Positions 1 through 10,196 are shown, numbered from the stretch's first letter. The stretch: DNA of 63,997 nt from Pirellulaceae bacterium (GCA_041739545.1 JBGSNR010000042.1:1-63997); one strand, 5' to 3'. Program-made: numbers and translations. Notes: a model not told the origin generated them from the letters alone.

Positions 1-272
1 CCACCACCGCCCGAAGGACGTGGAGAACGTTCGCGGGCTTCATTGACGACGAGCGGGCGTCCGCCGCAGTTGAAATTGTTCAGAGCGTTGACGGCGGTTT
101 CGATGTCCGCGTCATTCGCCATTTGTACGAAACCGAAACCGCGCGAGCGGCCCGTTTCACGATCCATAATCACTTCCGCCGTTGCCACTTCACCGTATTG
201 CTGGAACAGTTGTTCCAATTCCACGTTGGTGTAGGCCCAGGGGAGATTCCCCACATAGATACGCTTCGCCAT
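1..272 (-). CDS. RRM-type RNA-binding protein (glycine-rich tail), 3' end runs off window start
   Basis: Reverse-strand translation from ATG (complement of 270-272) gives MAKRIYVGNLPWAYTNVELEQLFQQYGEVATAEVIMDRETGRSRGFGFVQMANDADIETAVNALNNF...GGGG, i.e. RNP2/RNP1 motifs of an RRM. No stop before position 1, so it is absent from the ORF track. The + strand ORF 43..234 is rejected as antisense. Confidence 0.8.
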   Translation of the reverse strand, partial: MAKRIYVGNLPWAYTNVELEQLFQQYGEVATAEVIMDRETGRSRGFGFVQMANDADIETAVNALNNFNCGGRPLVVNEARERSPRPSGGG

Positions 273-659
273 AATCGACAGGTCCTGAAAAAAATGTGAC
301 TCACTAACCAAACAACCACCGCTCCGAAGGCGAGCGCGTGCCGTTTTCCGTGGACCCTGTCGTTCGACTTAGGAAGCAGCCCGATCGATCAACCAAAAGG
401 GAACCCAACAAAAACTCGCAACGAAACTCGTTCTTTACGTCAACCCACCCGCAGAACGGACTCTGCCGGCAAATATACCGCCAGCACTGGCGCCGGGAAA
501 GAGCGCATGGGGGTAATCGTCAAGAATTCCTCGTCAATCCTCCGGCAAACCGGTATTGCTTCCCCTTTCAAGACCCCAAAACGCCACTGACGCCCTACCC
601 GCGGCTTGGTAGAATAGAGCTGTAAGCAGGGGAGGTTCGGAAGCCTCCCTCATCCCACC

Positions 660-1409
660 TTGGACGAAGTTACGCGGCACCCCAGGCTTAGCCTGAGTCA
701 GGCCGCTGGTTGTAATTACGGCATGTCTAGACTGGCATTTATCGAGCGTATGCGGCAGGGGGCCCCTTCGGTCCTTCCCTCGCTTTTGCAGTGTGACTTC
801 GGTCATCTCGAACGAGAAGTCCGCCGCCTGGAAGAGGCTGGCGTGCATGCCCTGCATCTGGACGTAATGGATGGGGATTTTGTCCCGAACTTCACTTATG
901 GCATGACGATCGTGGATGCCGTCAGGAAACTGACGGATCTATTGGTCGATGTGCATCTGATGATTTCGAAGCCGCAACGGTACCTTAAACAGTTTCGCGA
1001 AGCGGGTGCGGACTCGATTACCTTCCACATCGAGGCCGAGCCCAATGCTCGCCCTTTGCTGGAAGAAATTCGCTCTCTGGGTGCTGCGGCGGGAGTCGTC
1101 CTCAATCCGCTGACTCCCGTGGATGCCATTACTCCCTGTCTGGACCTTTGCGACATGGTTTTGGTGATGAGCGTACAGGCCGGGTTTGGAGGGCAGTCGT
1201 TCAATCCCGTCGCGCTCGAAAAGCTACGTCAGATTCGAAAACTTGCCCCGGATGTTCTGCTGGAAATTGATGGGGGCGTGAACGCCGCGACCGCCCAGCA
1301 GTGTGGACAGGCCGGGGCTCAATTGATGGTCGTCGGTTCGGGGATTTTTGCCCATGCGGACTACACGCAGGCGGTGCAATCTCTGACCTCTCTTGCCCGA
1401 ACACCTTAG
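660..1409 (+). CDS. rpe: ribulose-phosphate 3-epimerase
   Basis: Motifs PSLLQCDFGHL, LHLDVMDGDFVPN, DVHLMISKP, MSVQAGFGGQSF, EIDGGVN. True start is probably at M 723 (MSRLAFIE) or 750. Confidence 0.9.
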   Translation: MDEVTRHPRLSLSQAAGCNYGMSRLAFIERMRQGAPSVLPSLLQCDFGHLEREVRRLEEAGVHALHLDVMDGDFVPNFTYGMTIVDAVRKLTDLLVDVHLMISKPQRYLKQFREAGADSITFHIEAEPNARPLLEEIRSLGAAAGVVLNPLTPVDAITPCLDLCDMVLVMSVQAGFGGQSFNPVALEKLRQIRKLAPDVLLEIDGGVNAATAQQCGQAGAQLMVVGSGIFAHADYTQAVQSLTSLARTP

Positions 1410-1421
1410 GAATTTAATTGT

Positions 1422-2006
1422 ATGACCCGGTTTCTGTTGGTCCGCCCCGGAGCGACGGATTTCGATGAACAAGGCCGCCTGAAGGGAACCCTGGATATTC
1501 CTCTCAGCAGTTGCGGCCAACAACAAGTCGGCCAATTGGTGCAAGAACTTGCAGGCCAGAACTTGGACTTCATGTATTACAGCCCCTGCGAGTGTGCTCA
1601 GCGAACTGCCGAAGCACTGGCCCTAGCGCGCGGCTTGAAACCCAAGGTGTTGGCAGACCTGCGGAACATTGACCATGGACTGTGGCACGGCAAGCTGGTC
1701 GATGAGGTTCGTCAGTCGCAACCCAAGGTTTACCGCCTTTGGCAGGAAAATGCTGAATTGGCCTGTGCTCCCGGCGGAGAAGCGGTAGCGGACGCCCTGC
1801 AACGTGTGACGTCGACCATCGAACGGCTAAACTGGAAGCACCGCAATAAGTCCGTCGGACTGGTCACCTCGGAACCGTTGCTGACCATCCTCCGCGCGGT
1901 CATCCAGCGAAATCCAATCGGCGATTTGTGGAAAACTGTCTGTTCCCCTGCTGGTTGGCAGTGGGCAGAAGCCCCCGCCACGGCAACTCAGGTGCGAGGC
2001 GCCTGA
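1422..2006 (+). CDS. histidine phosphatase superfamily (SixA/PGM-like) protein with catalytic His replaced by Pro
   Basis: LLVRPGATDF...GRLKGTLDIPLSSCGQQQ...YYSPCECAQRTAEALA follows the branch-1 histidine phosphatase N-terminal pattern, but the canonical RHG is RPG here (codons cgc ccc gga). Confidence 0.6.
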   Translation: MTRFLLVRPGATDFDEQGRLKGTLDIPLSSCGQQQVGQLVQELAGQNLDFMYYSPCECAQRTAEALALARGLKPKVLADLRNIDHGLWHGKLVDEVRQSQPKVYRLWQENAELACAPGGEAVADALQRVTSTIERLNWKHRNKSVGLVTSEPLLTILRAVIQRNPIGDLWKTVCSPAGWQWAEAPATATQVRGA

Positions 2007-2051
2007 AGCGTCTCGATACTGGCAGCTCATTAGAGAACGAAAGCCCCACCC

Positions 2052-2981
2052 ATGACAGTTCCTCCCTCTTCCAATTCCGCTGAAAACGGACAGGCCCTGC
2101 AAGCTAAAAACGGGAACGCGAGCAACGGCAGCGCGCCTGCCGAAGCCAACGGTCGTAGTTCTGTGTTTACTCCCCTGCGAACGAAACGCCCGGTCCCCGA
2201 TGGCCTGTGGGTGCGCTGTCCGGGTTGTCGGCAAACGATCTTTCGTAAGGCAGTCGAACAACAGCAGAACGTTTGTCCGCGCTGCGAATACCACTTCTAC
2301 GTTTCTGCCGCCGATCGCATCAAACAAGTGCTAGATGATGGAACCTTTGAAGAATGGGACGCCGGAGTCCGCCCAGCCGACCCGCTCGGCTTCAACGACC
2401 AAAAGGCGTATCGCGACCGCCTCGTCGCCGAGCAAAAGCGAACCGGCCTAACGGAGGCGACCCTCACTGGCACCGGGATGATTCGCGCTCGGCGCGTCGC
2501 CATTGGTGTCACCGACTCGGCCTTCATCATGGGCAGCATGGGCTCGGTCGTCGGTGAACGATTGACCCGTTTAGCGGAACGAGCGACCGAGCATTCCTTG
2601 CCCCTCATCATTATTAGTGGCTCCGGCGGCGGGGCCCGTATGCACGAAGGGATTTTGTCGTTGATGCAAATGGCCAAGGTGTCCGCGGCGTTAGCGCGCT
2701 TCGATAAGGCGGGGGGCCTGTTCATCTCCGTGCTGACAAATCCCACCATGGGTGGCGTGGCAGCCAGCTTTGCGTCGTTAGGCGATCTGGTATTTGCCGA
2801 GCCCAAAGCGCTGATCGGCTTTGCCGGGCCGCGAACAATCAAGGCGACGCTTCGCTTAGAATTGCCTGCCGGCTTCCAGACAAGTGAGTTTTTGCTAGAG
2901 CATGGCTTTATCGACCGCATCGTGCCGCGCTCGCGCTTGAAGAGCGAAATTGCCCGCACGATTGACTATTGCGGGAAGTGA
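2052..2981 (+). CDS. accD: acetyl-CoA carboxylase carboxyltransferase beta subunit
   Basis: Zn-ribbon CPGCRQTIF...CPRCEYHF followed by a carboxyltransferase core ([19 protein letters not shown]). It has a low-complexity N-terminal extension. Confidence 0.9.
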   Translation: MTVPPSSNSAENGQALQAKNGNASNGSAPAEANGRSSVFTPLRTKRPVPDGLWVRCPGCRQTIFRKAVEQQQNVCPRCEYHFYVSAADRIKQVLDDGTFEEWDAGVRPADPLGFNDQKAYRDRLVAEQKRTGLTEATLTGTGMIRARRVAIGVTDSAFIMGSMGSVVGERLTRLAERATEHSLPLIIISGSGGGARMHEGILSLMQMAKVSAALARFDKAGGLFISVLTNPTMGGVAASFASLGDLVFAEPKALIGFAGPRTIKATLRLELPAGFQTSEFLLEHGFIDRIVPRSRLKSEIARTIDYCGK

Positions 2982-3244
2982 GGCAGGCGATGCGATTTCC
3001 CACCGACACGCATCCCGAAATCGCTGCCTTGCAGGCGGAATTGCTTTACCAGGCAACCGATGCCGAGCGTTTCCAGTTGATGCAGTCGCTGACAAGATGG
3101 GCCGTCACCAGTTCGCGACAAGCAATCCAAGATGCGAATCCGAAGTTCTGTGAACAGGACGTGGATTTGAAGTTCATCGAACTCAATTACGGGACCGAAC
3201 TGGCAACGTCCGTCAGGCACTTTCTGGCATCGAATGACCGCTGA
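2969..3244 (+). CDS. small hypothetical protein, possible partner of the downstream NTase
   Basis: 91-aa ORF overlapping the accD stop by 13 bp and the next ORF by 11 bp. No recognisable motif. Confidence 0.3.
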   Translation: MREVRQAMRFPTDTHPEIAALQAELLYQATDAERFQLMQSLTRWAVTSSRQAIQDANPKFCEQDVDLKFIELNYGTELATSVRHFLASNDR

Positions 3245-3836
3245 TATTTCTGCAGGCGTGGCTCCCATCGCGGAGTGTTTCGAAACGCTCAGCATTCCGT
3301 ATTTCATTGGCGGTTCCGTCGCCAGCAGCACGGTAGGAACGCCTCGTCTGACACTGGATATCGACTTCGTTGCGGACATCAAGCTTGAGCATGTTGAGCG
3401 GTTTGCGAAAACTCTACGGGGTCGCTATTACGTCAGCGAAAGCATGATCCAAGATGCCATTCGTCGAAAATCTTGTTTCAACTTAATCGACCTATCTTCG
3501 ATCCTAAAGATTGATATTTTCGTGTCAAAGCAGCGAGATTTTGATCGTTCCGTCTTTTCTCGAATCACTCTGCGATCGATCGGAACTAACGATGGACCAA
3601 AGTATTGGATGACTTCCGCCGAAGACATCCTGCTCAGCAAGCTGGAGTGGTTCGAGCTAGGGAATCGACTTTCAGAACGCCAATGGGGAGACATTAAAGG
3701 GATTCTGACGACACAAAAGGAGCGTATTGATCGGGACTATCTGCGCAAGTGGGCAGCAAAACTCTCGCTCTCCGAATTGCTTGAAGAAGTCCTGCGCGAG
3801 GCGGATGATCTTCCCCTACCCCCGCGGCAAACGTAA
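3234..3836 (+). CDS. nucleotidyltransferase-fold (pol-beta-like, minimal NTase) protein
   Basis: FIGGSVASSTVGTPRLTLDIDFVAD matches the hG[GS]x9-13 Dh[DE]h nucleotidyltransferase signature. Confidence 0.5.
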   Translation: MTADISAGVAPIAECFETLSIPYFIGGSVASSTVGTPRLTLDIDFVADIKLEHVERFAKTLRGRYYVSESMIQDAIRRKSCFNLIDLSSILKIDIFVSKQRDFDRSVFSRITLRSIGTNDGPKYWMTSAEDILLSKLEWFELGNRLSERQWGDIKGILTTQKERIDRDYLRKWAAKLSLSELLEEVLREADDLPLPPRQT

Positions 3837-5987
3837 ACAAAACGTGGCACCGCCGCCGGGTGTTTGCTCCCACGAGAGCTCGCCGCCGAGCGCACGCGCC
3901 AGTCGCCGACTTAGCGCTAGTCCCAAACCAACCCCCGGCGCCGATTCTGCCGCTTCATTTACCGACTTGGAAAACGGCTGGAAAAGCCGAGTTTGCCCCG
4001 CAGCCCCAATGCCTGGTCCACGATCGATGACCCGCAGGGCCAACGCTCGTGGCTCCAATTTCCATTGGAGGAGCAAGCTTTTATCCTCAGCTTCAGCAGC
4101 ATACTTGGAAGCATTGTCGACGAGGTTGAACACGATTTGTTCGATGGCCGAGGGGTCTGTTACCAATTCGATCGTGTTGGCCTTCACGTTCCCCTGCAGT
4201 TGCAAATTCAGCCCCGCCTGCTCTGCTCGCTCCTGCAAGCGCACTTCCATCCGTTCGAGCAGTGCCGCGAGCGATACCTTCTGCCGTTGCTTTCCAGGGC
4301 GGCCCCGTTCCAGCCGCGCGTATTGCAGCACGTTATCGACCAGGTGAGCCAGCCGATCGGATTCCGTCCGCAGCGTGTTCAAGTAGCGTTGCTGACGTTC
4401 CGGCTCTGGAACCATCCCCTCGGCAAGCATCTCCGCGTACATCCGGAACGTGGTCAACGGCGTGCGCAGCTCATGTGTGACAGCCGAGACGAACGAGGCC
4501 CGGCGTTCATTCAAGACGATCATGCCTTGCAGCGTGATCGCTGCCGCGAGCGCTGCAAAGATCAAGCCGGCCCAAGCAGCCACCAGTGCCAAACGAACCG
4601 GGGACCACTGAATCGACTGCGGCTGTAGCGGCGGTACCTCGATCTGCACCGGGAGCGTGGCCAGCACACGATTGAGCGCTGCCTGCTGGGGATCGAAAAC
4701 TGGGACCAGTAGAAAGTTAGGGAGGATGTCTGAAACTTCGTCCCTGAGCAGAGCTTCGAGGCGATTCCAATCGAGCCAACATCCTTGGACCAGATTTCGC
4801 TCACCTTGTTGCACGCGGCGCGCGAAAAGCAGCTTTCCGCCAACCCATACAGGCCGGAATGCACCCTCTTGATGGGTAACTGAAGTCGGCTCGGAACTGC
4901 CCGCCGTTTCCTTACTTGGATTTCGGTACTTCAGGTTTTCGACACTTTGTTGGGCAAACTGTTGATAGGCGGAGTTGCGTTGGTCGAAGTCGTTCCTGCT
5001 GCCGGAAAGTTGCGATCTGGGGCTGCGCTGTGGAACTGCTTCGGCAGACAGTAGCTGGCTTTCCTGCGGCGTTGTTGGCGCGGGAACGCGACGCTGCCCA
5101 AAGCGATCGTCCTGGCCTCCAAGATTAGAAGTTGAACGAGGATCGGACTGCACATTCGCCGATTCGCGATCTGAGGAAATAACCGCCGGCCTTCCCCCGG
5201 CAAATGTATTGCTTTGACCAGGACTCGAGTAGGCTTGAACGCCCGACGTTTCATTGCCCAAGGACTGAGTTGCCGCATAGTCATTGTCGTAAGAACCAGA
5301 GACCGCAGTTTGATAAGTCGGAAATGGCGACACGACCGGCGGTTGATTGATCGCCGACGGTTCCGATCCGCCAGTAATGTCGGAAAGGTAGTCCCACCGC
5401 GATACGGGCCAGGATTCTGCCGGGAGCAGCCCGAGCAACTGTTGGTTCGTGGAAGCCACTTCCAATTGATGTCGACGGGTTTCGAAGACACTCAGCGCAT
5501 GCTCCGTCACTCCTTGCGCACAGGCGAAGCTGCGATCTTCAGGCGAGGGACACTGCGGCGATAGAACTCGATTGTCCGGCAACCAATTGAAGTGCAGCAA
5601 GACATACTGCGGCGGATCGGCGAGCAACGGCGTCAAAGACTGAATGGGAGACGCAAATTCATCCGTAGAATCGGCGATCGCTTCTTCACCGTTCGCCAAA
5701 TCTGCTTTAAGTCGCTCCCCTGCCGCTGCTTTCGTTCCAGAACTGGTCACGATGACGGTTTGGTAATAGCTCTCGGGCCTGGAAGCTTCGCGAGCCAAAA
5801 GCGGCGTGACGAAGGAGTCCATTCGCCACAGCGCGCGACCAATCAATTCCTCACGCTCCGCTTGCCGGCGGGAAAGAGCCTCGGCCTGATCCAAAAACAG
5901 AACCTGCCAGGAGAGCCAAACCATCGCGGGAATCACGACTGCTAGACCGGCCGCAAACAGTAACCAAACTTGCCAGGGGCGCCTCAT
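3816..5987 (-). CDS. sensor histidine kinase with large low-complexity extracytoplasmic region
   Basis: N-terminal TM segment, a second TM before the H-box (VTHELRTPLTTF), and a HATPase_c region (IDRGPGIG...GVGLGLALSRRLARALGGEL). It overlaps the response regulator ORF by 4 bp (ATGA). Confidence 0.88.
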   Translation of the reverse strand: MRRPWQVWLLFAAGLAVVIPAMVWLSWQVLFLDQAEALSRRQAEREELIGRALWRMDSFVTPLLAREASRPESYYQTVIVTSSGTKAAAGERLKADLANGEEAIADSTDEFASPIQSLTPLLADPPQYVLLHFNWLPDNRVLSPQCPSPEDRSFACAQGVTEHALSVFETRRHQLEVASTNQQLLGLLPAESWPVSRWDYLSDITGGSEPSAINQPPVVSPFPTYQTAVSGSYDNDYAATQSLGNETSGVQAYSSPGQSNTFAGGRPAVISSDRESANVQSDPRSTSNLGGQDDRFGQRRVPAPTTPQESQLLSAEAVPQRSPRSQLSGSRNDFDQRNSAYQQFAQQSVENLKYRNPSKETAGSSEPTSVTHQEGAFRPVWVGGKLLFARRVQQGERNLVQGCWLDWNRLEALLRDEVSDILPNFLLVPVFDPQQAALNRVLATLPVQIEVPPLQPQSIQWSPVRLALVAAWAGLIFAALAAAITLQGMIVLNERRASFVSAVTHELRTPLTTFRMYAEMLAEGMVPEPERQQRYLNTLRTESDRLAHLVDNVLQYARLERGRPGKQRQKVSLAALLERMEVRLQERAEQAGLNLQLQGNVKANTIELVTDPSAIEQIVFNLVDNASKYAAEAEDKSLLLQWKLEPRALALRVIDRGPGIGAAGQTRLFQPFSKSVNEAAESAPGVGLGLALSRRLARALGGELSWEQTPGGGATFCLRLPRG

Positions 5988-6736
5988 CTGAGCGCTCCAG
6001 GCAAGGCAGCGACTGCCAACATGTATCCTTTGCCGCGCACCGTTTGCAGAATTCGTGCATCGGCAGAATCATCGCGCAGCTTTTCTCGCAAACGCGCGAC
6101 GAGCATGTCGATGGTTCGAGTCGCCGTGCCACGCGGTTCAATTTGCCAGACGTTGGCCAAGAGTTCGTCACGCGAAATGGCACGTTCGGAATGGCAGGCC
6201 AGGTAACGCAGCAGTTCGGCCTCTCGTTCCGTTAGGTCTTCCCGCCCTCCGTCATCGAAATTAAGTTCACGGCGAGCCAAATGAACGCAGCCACCCCTTA
6301 TGGGAATTTCATCCACATCACTGGGGCGAGCGGGAGAGCGTCGTAAAACGGCTTCGATGCGGGCGAGCAGTTCCTTCACGCTGAAAGGTTTGACGACATA
6401 GTCATCCGCTCCCAAGCGCAATCCTTCGACACGATCATGTTCGTCCCCACGAGCGGTCAAGATGATGACGGGCTGAGTGGGACGGACCTCGCGCACGCCG
6501 CGCAGAATTTCCAAGCCTTGCTTGCCAGGCAAGACTAGATCAAGCAAGAGCAAGTCATACGCTTGCCGCGTGGCCATTTCCATTCCAAGATCACCATGCC
6601 CGGCTTCCAAGACCCGAAAGCCGACGAAACGAAGTGCATCCACCACGCCACGCCGAATGGCGGCATCGTCTTCGACGGTGAGAATCGTGCGTTCATTGGT
6701 CATGATAAAAGACCTTGCCGGGAGCTGACTGGCCAC
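5984..6736 (-). CDS. OmpR-family response regulator (REC + winged-helix)
   Basis: REC domain TILTVEDDAAIRRGV...LLLLDLVLPGKQG...DDYVVKPF. C-terminal trans_reg_C with REAELLRYL...TRTIDMLVARLREKL...VRGKGY. Confidence 0.88.
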   Translation of the reverse strand: MASQLPARSFIMTNERTILTVEDDAAIRRGVVDALRFVGFRVLEAGHGDLGMEMATRQAYDLLLLDLVLPGKQGLEILRGVREVRPTQPVIILTARGDEHDRVEGLRLGADDYVVKPFSVKELLARIEAVLRRSPARPSDVDEIPIRGGCVHLARRELNFDDGGREDLTEREAELLRYLACHSERAISRDELLANVWQIEPRGTATRTIDMLVARLREKLRDDSADARILQTVRGKGYMLAVAALPGALR

Positions 6737-6801
6737 TCGGCCGATTATAAGCGGCCGAGGCTTTCCGACCCTGTAACTGCTCTGTAACGCAGATGTTCAG
6801 T

Positions 6802-7689
6802 CTAGTCCGGCTGCGGCCACGACGCGCGTTCGGCGATATTTCCCCCCGCAGATTTCGCGATTCGCAGGGCGGACTGGCAGGCGGCGAATATCGCGGCAAG
6901 GTGGTCGAGCTCGTGTGGTTCCGCAAGGACGGCATAACCGATCGAAGCTTGCACCCTGTATTGCTGGGCCTCGGGGACATTAACGTCTAGCAGGCTGCGC
7001 AGCAGACGTTTCATGGTTTCGCCAACTGCCGGTTCGGGAATATTGCAAAGAAACAGGGCGAATTCGTCTCCGCCCCAACGAGCCGCTGCGTCGCCGCTTC
7101 GTGTTGAAGCTTGCAACGCTGCTCCCACCCCTGCGAGCACAACATCACTGGCGGACCAGCCATGGAGGTCGTTGCAAAGTTTGAAATGATCCAAATCGAC
7201 CAGGGCCAGGCAGGCGGGCAAGTCTTGCGGACGGAGCTTCCGCAGGGAGCTATCCCAGCCGCGACGATTCAACAAGCCGGTGAGAGCATCGCGGTGGGCG
7301 AAGTCATCGAGCTGCTCAATGCGTTGTGAGTCCCGCTGTTGAATCCGCCGTAGTCGGACAATCTCCGCCACCAAGCAGACGGTCTGCACCAACTCTCGCG
7401 CACAATAGTCGGGGGGCAAACAAGCATCGGCTGGAACCAAGCCCGCGGGTTCGCCAATAAAAACTCGGCCTGGGATGCCTGCACTTAAATCGACAAATAC
7501 AGCGTCACTGACCACGACGTCGATCGCAGCGTCTGCAAACGTTTCTGCCCGATCGCTGTCGGCAACGATCTCTGCATTTGCACCTAAGTCGTGCCGCCAG
7601 CGAGCACGGGCCGCTGGTTCGCTGCTGCACAACCTTACTCGCGGCAGACCATTGGCCATCATGCAAAAACTCTCCCGGCGGGTTAGCAC
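6802..7689 (-). CDS. diguanylate cyclase (degenerate REC-like N-terminus + GGDEF)
   Basis: RDALTGLLNRRGW...LALVDLDHFKLCNDLHGW...RWGGDEFALF, with an intact GGDEF motif. It is the first gene of an apparent GGDEF-RR-HK operon on the minus strand. Confidence 0.8.
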   Translation of the reverse strand: MLTRRESFCMMANGLPRVRLCSSEPAARARWRHDLGANAEIVADSDRAETFADAAIDVVVSDAVFVDLSAGIPGRVFIGEPAGLVPADACLPPDYCARELVQTVCLVAEIVRLRRIQQRDSQRIEQLDDFAHRDALTGLLNRRGWDSSLRKLRPQDLPACLALVDLDHFKLCNDLHGWSASDVVLAGVGAALQASTRSGDAAARWGGDEFALFLCNIPEPAVGETMKRLLRSLLDVNVPEAQQYRVQASIGYAVLAEPHELDHLAAIFAACQSALRIAKSAGGNIAERASWPQPD

Positions 7690-7969
7690 CAGTCAGCCTA
7701 GCCCATAACTGCGTTGGCCTCGTCACTGAGGGTAAAGTTGGCAGCGACCGCTTGGATATCTTCGTGATCGTCGAGAATCGCGTAGCGCAAACGGTGGTTC
7801 GCATCGGGGTCGCCGCCCCCTAGTCTAGTTGGGCAGCCACAATGATTGCCTTGGAGATCTTGGACCAAATCTTTCCGCGCTTCTTGTCCTGGCGATCCTT
7901 CCGGTGCTTGATGTTCGAGTATGCCGAATGCCCTGCCATTATTCCCTCTGTCGACGCTGGCCGATCTCG

Positions 7970-10183
7970 CTAATTCCCCGCGGCCCCGTTCACCTTCAAT
8001 CGTACGGCTTTCAGGCGTGCCCCATCTTCATCGCGCTCATAGGCTTCAATTGCCATTTTCCAGGCAGCGCGGGCTTCGTCGAATTGGCCCAGTTTGTCGA
8101 GCGCGTCACCCAGATGTTCATGTAGTACGCCGTCTGCCCGATCTTCGACGGCCAATTTAAGTTCACGCACGGCAGACTCGAAGTCTCCCAACTGGTAATA
8201 CGCCCAGCCGAGCGTATCTCGGTAAGCGGCATTCTCCGGCTCTTGAGCAACAGCCTGCTGAGCCATCTCCAGGCTGCGATTCAAGTGCAGGCCTCGTTCG
8301 GACCAAAGATAGCTTAGATCATTGAGCGCACCGCTATGCCCGGGATCTTCATCAAGGACTTGTTCCAGCCATTCCACGCTAGTTGTTAGGTCATCGCGTT
8401 TGGAAGCCAGATTCGACAGCACAAGCTTTGCCCCGATAACCAATTCGCGCAATGCATCCGTCTGCTTGAGCTTGTCGCAAGCAGCGAGAAGGTCGAGATA
8501 GGCATCCTCAGCCGCGCTGTTCCGATTGGCGTGATACAAGATCCAGGCCCGGCGATGAAGGAAAAGAGGACTCTTCTCTTGCAATTGTTCCCCTGCGGAA
8601 ATTGCTGCCAGAGCTTCGTCCGTGCGTTGATCTAATTCCAGCGCGCCGGCGAGGTAAAAATGGGCTAAGCCGGGGGACCGCGTGTCGATATCTTTTTCCA
8701 GCATCTCTTGAAAAATCTTCGCGGCCGCAGAGTACTTTTCCTTGGCGAGCAGTGCCATGCCCCATTGCTGATAAATGGAATCTTTTCGCTTCCCATGTTC
8801 GGCCGCGTGGTTCAGCAACTTTTCCCCGAGCTCGTACTTCTCGATGCCAAGGGCGAGTAAGCCCAGGGCAAAGGTCTGACCAGGATCCGCATCTTTGGAA
8901 CTAGCGTCGAGTTGTTTTTCGATCGCTTGGAGCATTTCATCGAGGATTGGCCGATGCTTTTGCTCAAGCAGCGCGGCTTCCGCATCCGCAATAACCGTTA
9001 GGGTGCCTGTTTTCTCGATCACCGTGCCCAGCAGCGATAACAATTCTTTGGCGTTCCCTTCGGCAAGAAGAACTGCAGACAACCCTTCGTAGGCCTCAGA
9101 CGTGGATTTGTTTTCGAGCAACTTCTGATAAACGGCCTTCGCCTTGGCTAGATCAGCAGGCTTCGTTTGGAGCGCCTTCGCAAAGGCAAACGCGACTTCA
9201 GGAATTTCCGGATGATCGGCGTGGAGTTGTTCCAGTCGCAGGCGTAGTGCCTCGAGCGCCTCTTCCGGTTCTGAATGCTTCAACTTTAGTGCCTGCTCCA
9301 GCAACGTCAGGGGCTCCATGCCCAGCGGCTCAAATTTGGCTGCGAATACGCGGTCCAACTGCTCCAAGCAATCATCGGGCTGCTTGCGCGCCAGCGCAAG
9401 CTTGGTCAGGTTGAAGTGCCATTGAGCTACGTTCGGTTGCGCATCGTTGCCGCGGCGGAAAGCATCTTCGGCGTCTTTCAAATTGCCTGCTTGCAGGAAT
9501 GTTTCGCCCAGCAAGGCCCAAGTATGATCTGCTTCGTCTAAAACGACGGCGACGTTATCGGCACCCAAGCCGGACTTCTCCGGATCAACCAGGCTCCGGC
9601 GAAGTCGCAGAAAAACTTCCGCTCCCCGTGGCAGGTTCCCGGCCTTCACATGCAGTCGGCCCAGTTCCAACAACAAAAACGCCTGAGATAAATCATTGGG
9701 GAGTTCGCCCTGATCCCCCGTCAGCTCCAGCGCCCGCTCGAAGAGCTTGGCTGATTCCGCATAGGCATCTTCCTTGGCGAGCAAGATGGCGAGCCGGCGT
9801 ACCAGTCGGGGATCGGTCAGTTTCAGTTCAGCCGCAGCCAGCGCGTAGCGCTTCGCTTCGGCACTCCGCTCAAGTTGCGTTGCCAGCGAAATGATCTCCG
9901 CCAGTACCGCCGTATTTTCTGGATCGTAGCGCCAGGAACGCTGATACTTTGTCAAAGCAACGGCGTAGTCTCCGCGCTTTTGCGCGATGCGCGCCTGCAC
10001 GAAGTTCGCTGCGGCGACAATCCGATCGTTTTCGATCTCGCTGCGTGGCTGCTGGGAATCGAGCTTTTCCGGCAGCGGCAAGATCGCGGGGGTTGCGTCC
10101 GACGCGGGCTCCGCTGCGAACACCGTTCGTCCGAACAACAGAACGAACAGGAGCGTGACAACCCACAGGCTGCGGCGAGACAT
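7970..10183 (-). CDS. secreted TPR-repeat protein
   Basis: Signal peptide MSRRSLWVVTLLFVLLFGRTVFA, then ~700 aa of tetratricopeptide-like repeats (AxxxY/LG periodicity). Confidence 0.7.
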   Translation of the reverse strand: MSRRSLWVVTLLFVLLFGRTVFAAEPASDATPAILPLPEKLDSQQPRSEIENDRIVAAANFVQARIAQKRGDYAVALTKYQRSWRYDPENTAVLAEIISLATQLERSAEAKRYALAAAELKLTDPRLVRRLAILLAKEDAYAESAKLFERALELTGDQGELPNDLSQAFLLLELGRLHVKAGNLPRGAEVFLRLRRSLVDPEKSGLGADNVAVVLDEADHTWALLGETFLQAGNLKDAEDAFRRGNDAQPNVAQWHFNLTKLALARKQPDDCLEQLDRVFAAKFEPLGMEPLTLLEQALKLKHSEPEEALEALRLRLEQLHADHPEIPEVAFAFAKALQTKPADLAKAKAVYQKLLENKSTSEAYEGLSAVLLAEGNAKELLSLLGTVIEKTGTLTVIADAEAALLEQKHRPILDEMLQAIEKQLDASSKDADPGQTFALGLLALGIEKYELGEKLLNHAAEHGKRKDSIYQQWGMALLAKEKYSAAAKIFQEMLEKDIDTRSPGLAHFYLAGALELDQRTDEALAAISAGEQLQEKSPLFLHRRAWILYHANRNSAAEDAYLDLLAACDKLKQTDALRELVIGAKLVLSNLASKRDDLTTSVEWLEQVLDEDPGHSGALNDLSYLWSERGLHLNRSLEMAQQAVAQEPENAAYRDTLGWAYYQLGDFESAVRELKLAVEDRADGVLHEHLGDALDKLGQFDEARAAWKMAIEAYERDEDGARLKAVRLKVNGAAGN

Positions 10184-10196
10184 GGTCGACCCGTTC

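Noticed and set aside
43-234. + strand 63-aa ORF at the window start
   Set aside because: It overlaps the well-supported RRM protein on the opposite strand.
631-652. GGGAGG-TTCGGAAG-CCTCCC hairpin just upstream of rpe
   Set aside because: It could sequester a Shine-Dalgarno, but there is no supporting conservation evidence. Noted only.
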